Assembly: GCA_964480775.1 (NCBI GenBank)
Contig: CAYZRF010000006.1
Location: 1 to 32,000 of the forward strand
Direction of reading: 5' to 3'
DNA: 32,000 nucleotides
Source: an uncultured Nitrososphaerota archaeon
Lineage (GTDB): Archaea > Korarchaeota > Korarchaeia > Korarchaeales > Korarchaeaceae
The notes below the pieces were generated by a model, which did no database searches, had not been told where the DNA came from, and was given only the letters and a program-made list of their open reading frames with translations. Of this stretch, positions 31,676-32,000 are shown piece by piece (the stretch's first letter is position 1; each line of letters begins with the position of its first letter). The translations under genes were made by a program, and so were the position numbers.

Positions 31676-32000
31676 ATGATGAGCAGCAAGGGAGTGAGTC
31701 TCAAACGCTCCCTAATCCTCTGGTTGGTAAGAGAGTTCGAGAAGATGTTTGATAGGGGAATTACGGTAACTAGGCTAATGAAGCTTCTATACATGATAGA
31801 TGTCCGTCTAAAGAGTCTTGGTTTACCAACAACGAATATCAGATGGATTAGGTTTTGGTATGGTCCCTTTTCCGATGAAGTCATAGATCTGATAGAAGGA
31901 ATGGTCAAAGATAAGTCTTTAAGGAAGGAATATATCCCCTACGAAACCAAACTAATTAAAATCCTACATACTAAAGAGAATGTTAAACTGGACTCTAAAG
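31676..32000 (+). CDS. Partial CDS: Panacea (DUF4065, SocA-like antitoxin-type) domain protein, truncated by the window end
   Basis: Absent from the ORF track because no stop lies in the window. My translation from ATG 31676: MMSSKGVSLKRSLILWLVREFEKMFDRGITVTRLMKLLYMIDVRLKSLGLPTTNIRWIRFWYGPFSDEVIDLIEGMV... The KL.KLLY...W.YGP pattern is characteristic of DUF4065. Confidence 0.55.
   Translation, partial: MMSSKGVSLKRSLILWLVREFEKMFDRGITVTRLMKLLYMIDVRLKSLGLPTTNIRWIRFWYGPFSDEVIDLIEGMVKDKSLRKEYIPYETKLIKILHTKENVKLDSK

Noticed and set aside
31600-31908. 102-aa minus-strand ORF
   Set aside because: It is antisense to the Panacea-domain reading frame, which has a recognisable domain pattern. Its translation is low-complexity (S/I/L/F-rich).

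Overview
The window reads as an archaeal, thermophile-like chromosomal segment, moderately AT-rich, followed by a foreign-looking island.

Bases 1-20.7 kb are ordinary housekeeping genes:
- glycerol-1-phosphate dehydrogenase
- ABCE1
- indolepyruvate:ferredoxin oxidoreductase (iorAB) next to an ADP-forming acyl-CoA synthetase alpha subunit
- a decayed MFS transporter
- tRNA-Asp(GUC)
- PUA-domain proteins
- an endonuclease IV-like TIM-barrel protein
- a PflX-type radical SAM enzyme
- a UPF0200-like P-loop kinase
- a stand-alone Cas6 homolog with no CRISPR array or other cas genes visible
- the 2',3'-cyclic phosphodiesterase ThpR
- an NfeD/stomatin pair
- a SAM hydroxide adenosyltransferase
- PEP synthase
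- a NOL1/NOP2/Sun RNA m5C methyltransferase

A 128-nt GC-rich, rod-like structured RNA candidate sits at 10492-10620.

From about 20.98 kb to 29.6 kb, possibly to about 31.6 kb, composition shifts to clearly higher G+C. Nine tightly packed minus-strand ORFs form an operon-like array there. It encodes a zinc-ribbon protein, a divergent MCM-like AAA+ ATPase and an AEP primase fused to a PriL-type Fe-S domain. It also encodes a small GINS B-domain-like protein, a membrane-anchored RHH protein, and two signal-peptide proteins, one of which is a large, sequon-rich, C-terminally anchored DNRLRE-domain protein.

An iteron-like inverted-repeat array lies inside the 5' end of the primase ORF and is a candidate origin. 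The array is flanked by an AT-rich divergent RHH/PadR regulator pair that shares a promoter with three copies of a 9-nt operator motif.

I see no integrase, capsid gene, att repeats or flanking tRNA. I interpret the island as an integrated or defective plasmid/provirus-like replicon of a type I cannot assign to a known family. The window ends in a partial Panacea (DUF4065)-domain gene.

All homology statements rest on motif recognition by eye, not on database searches.
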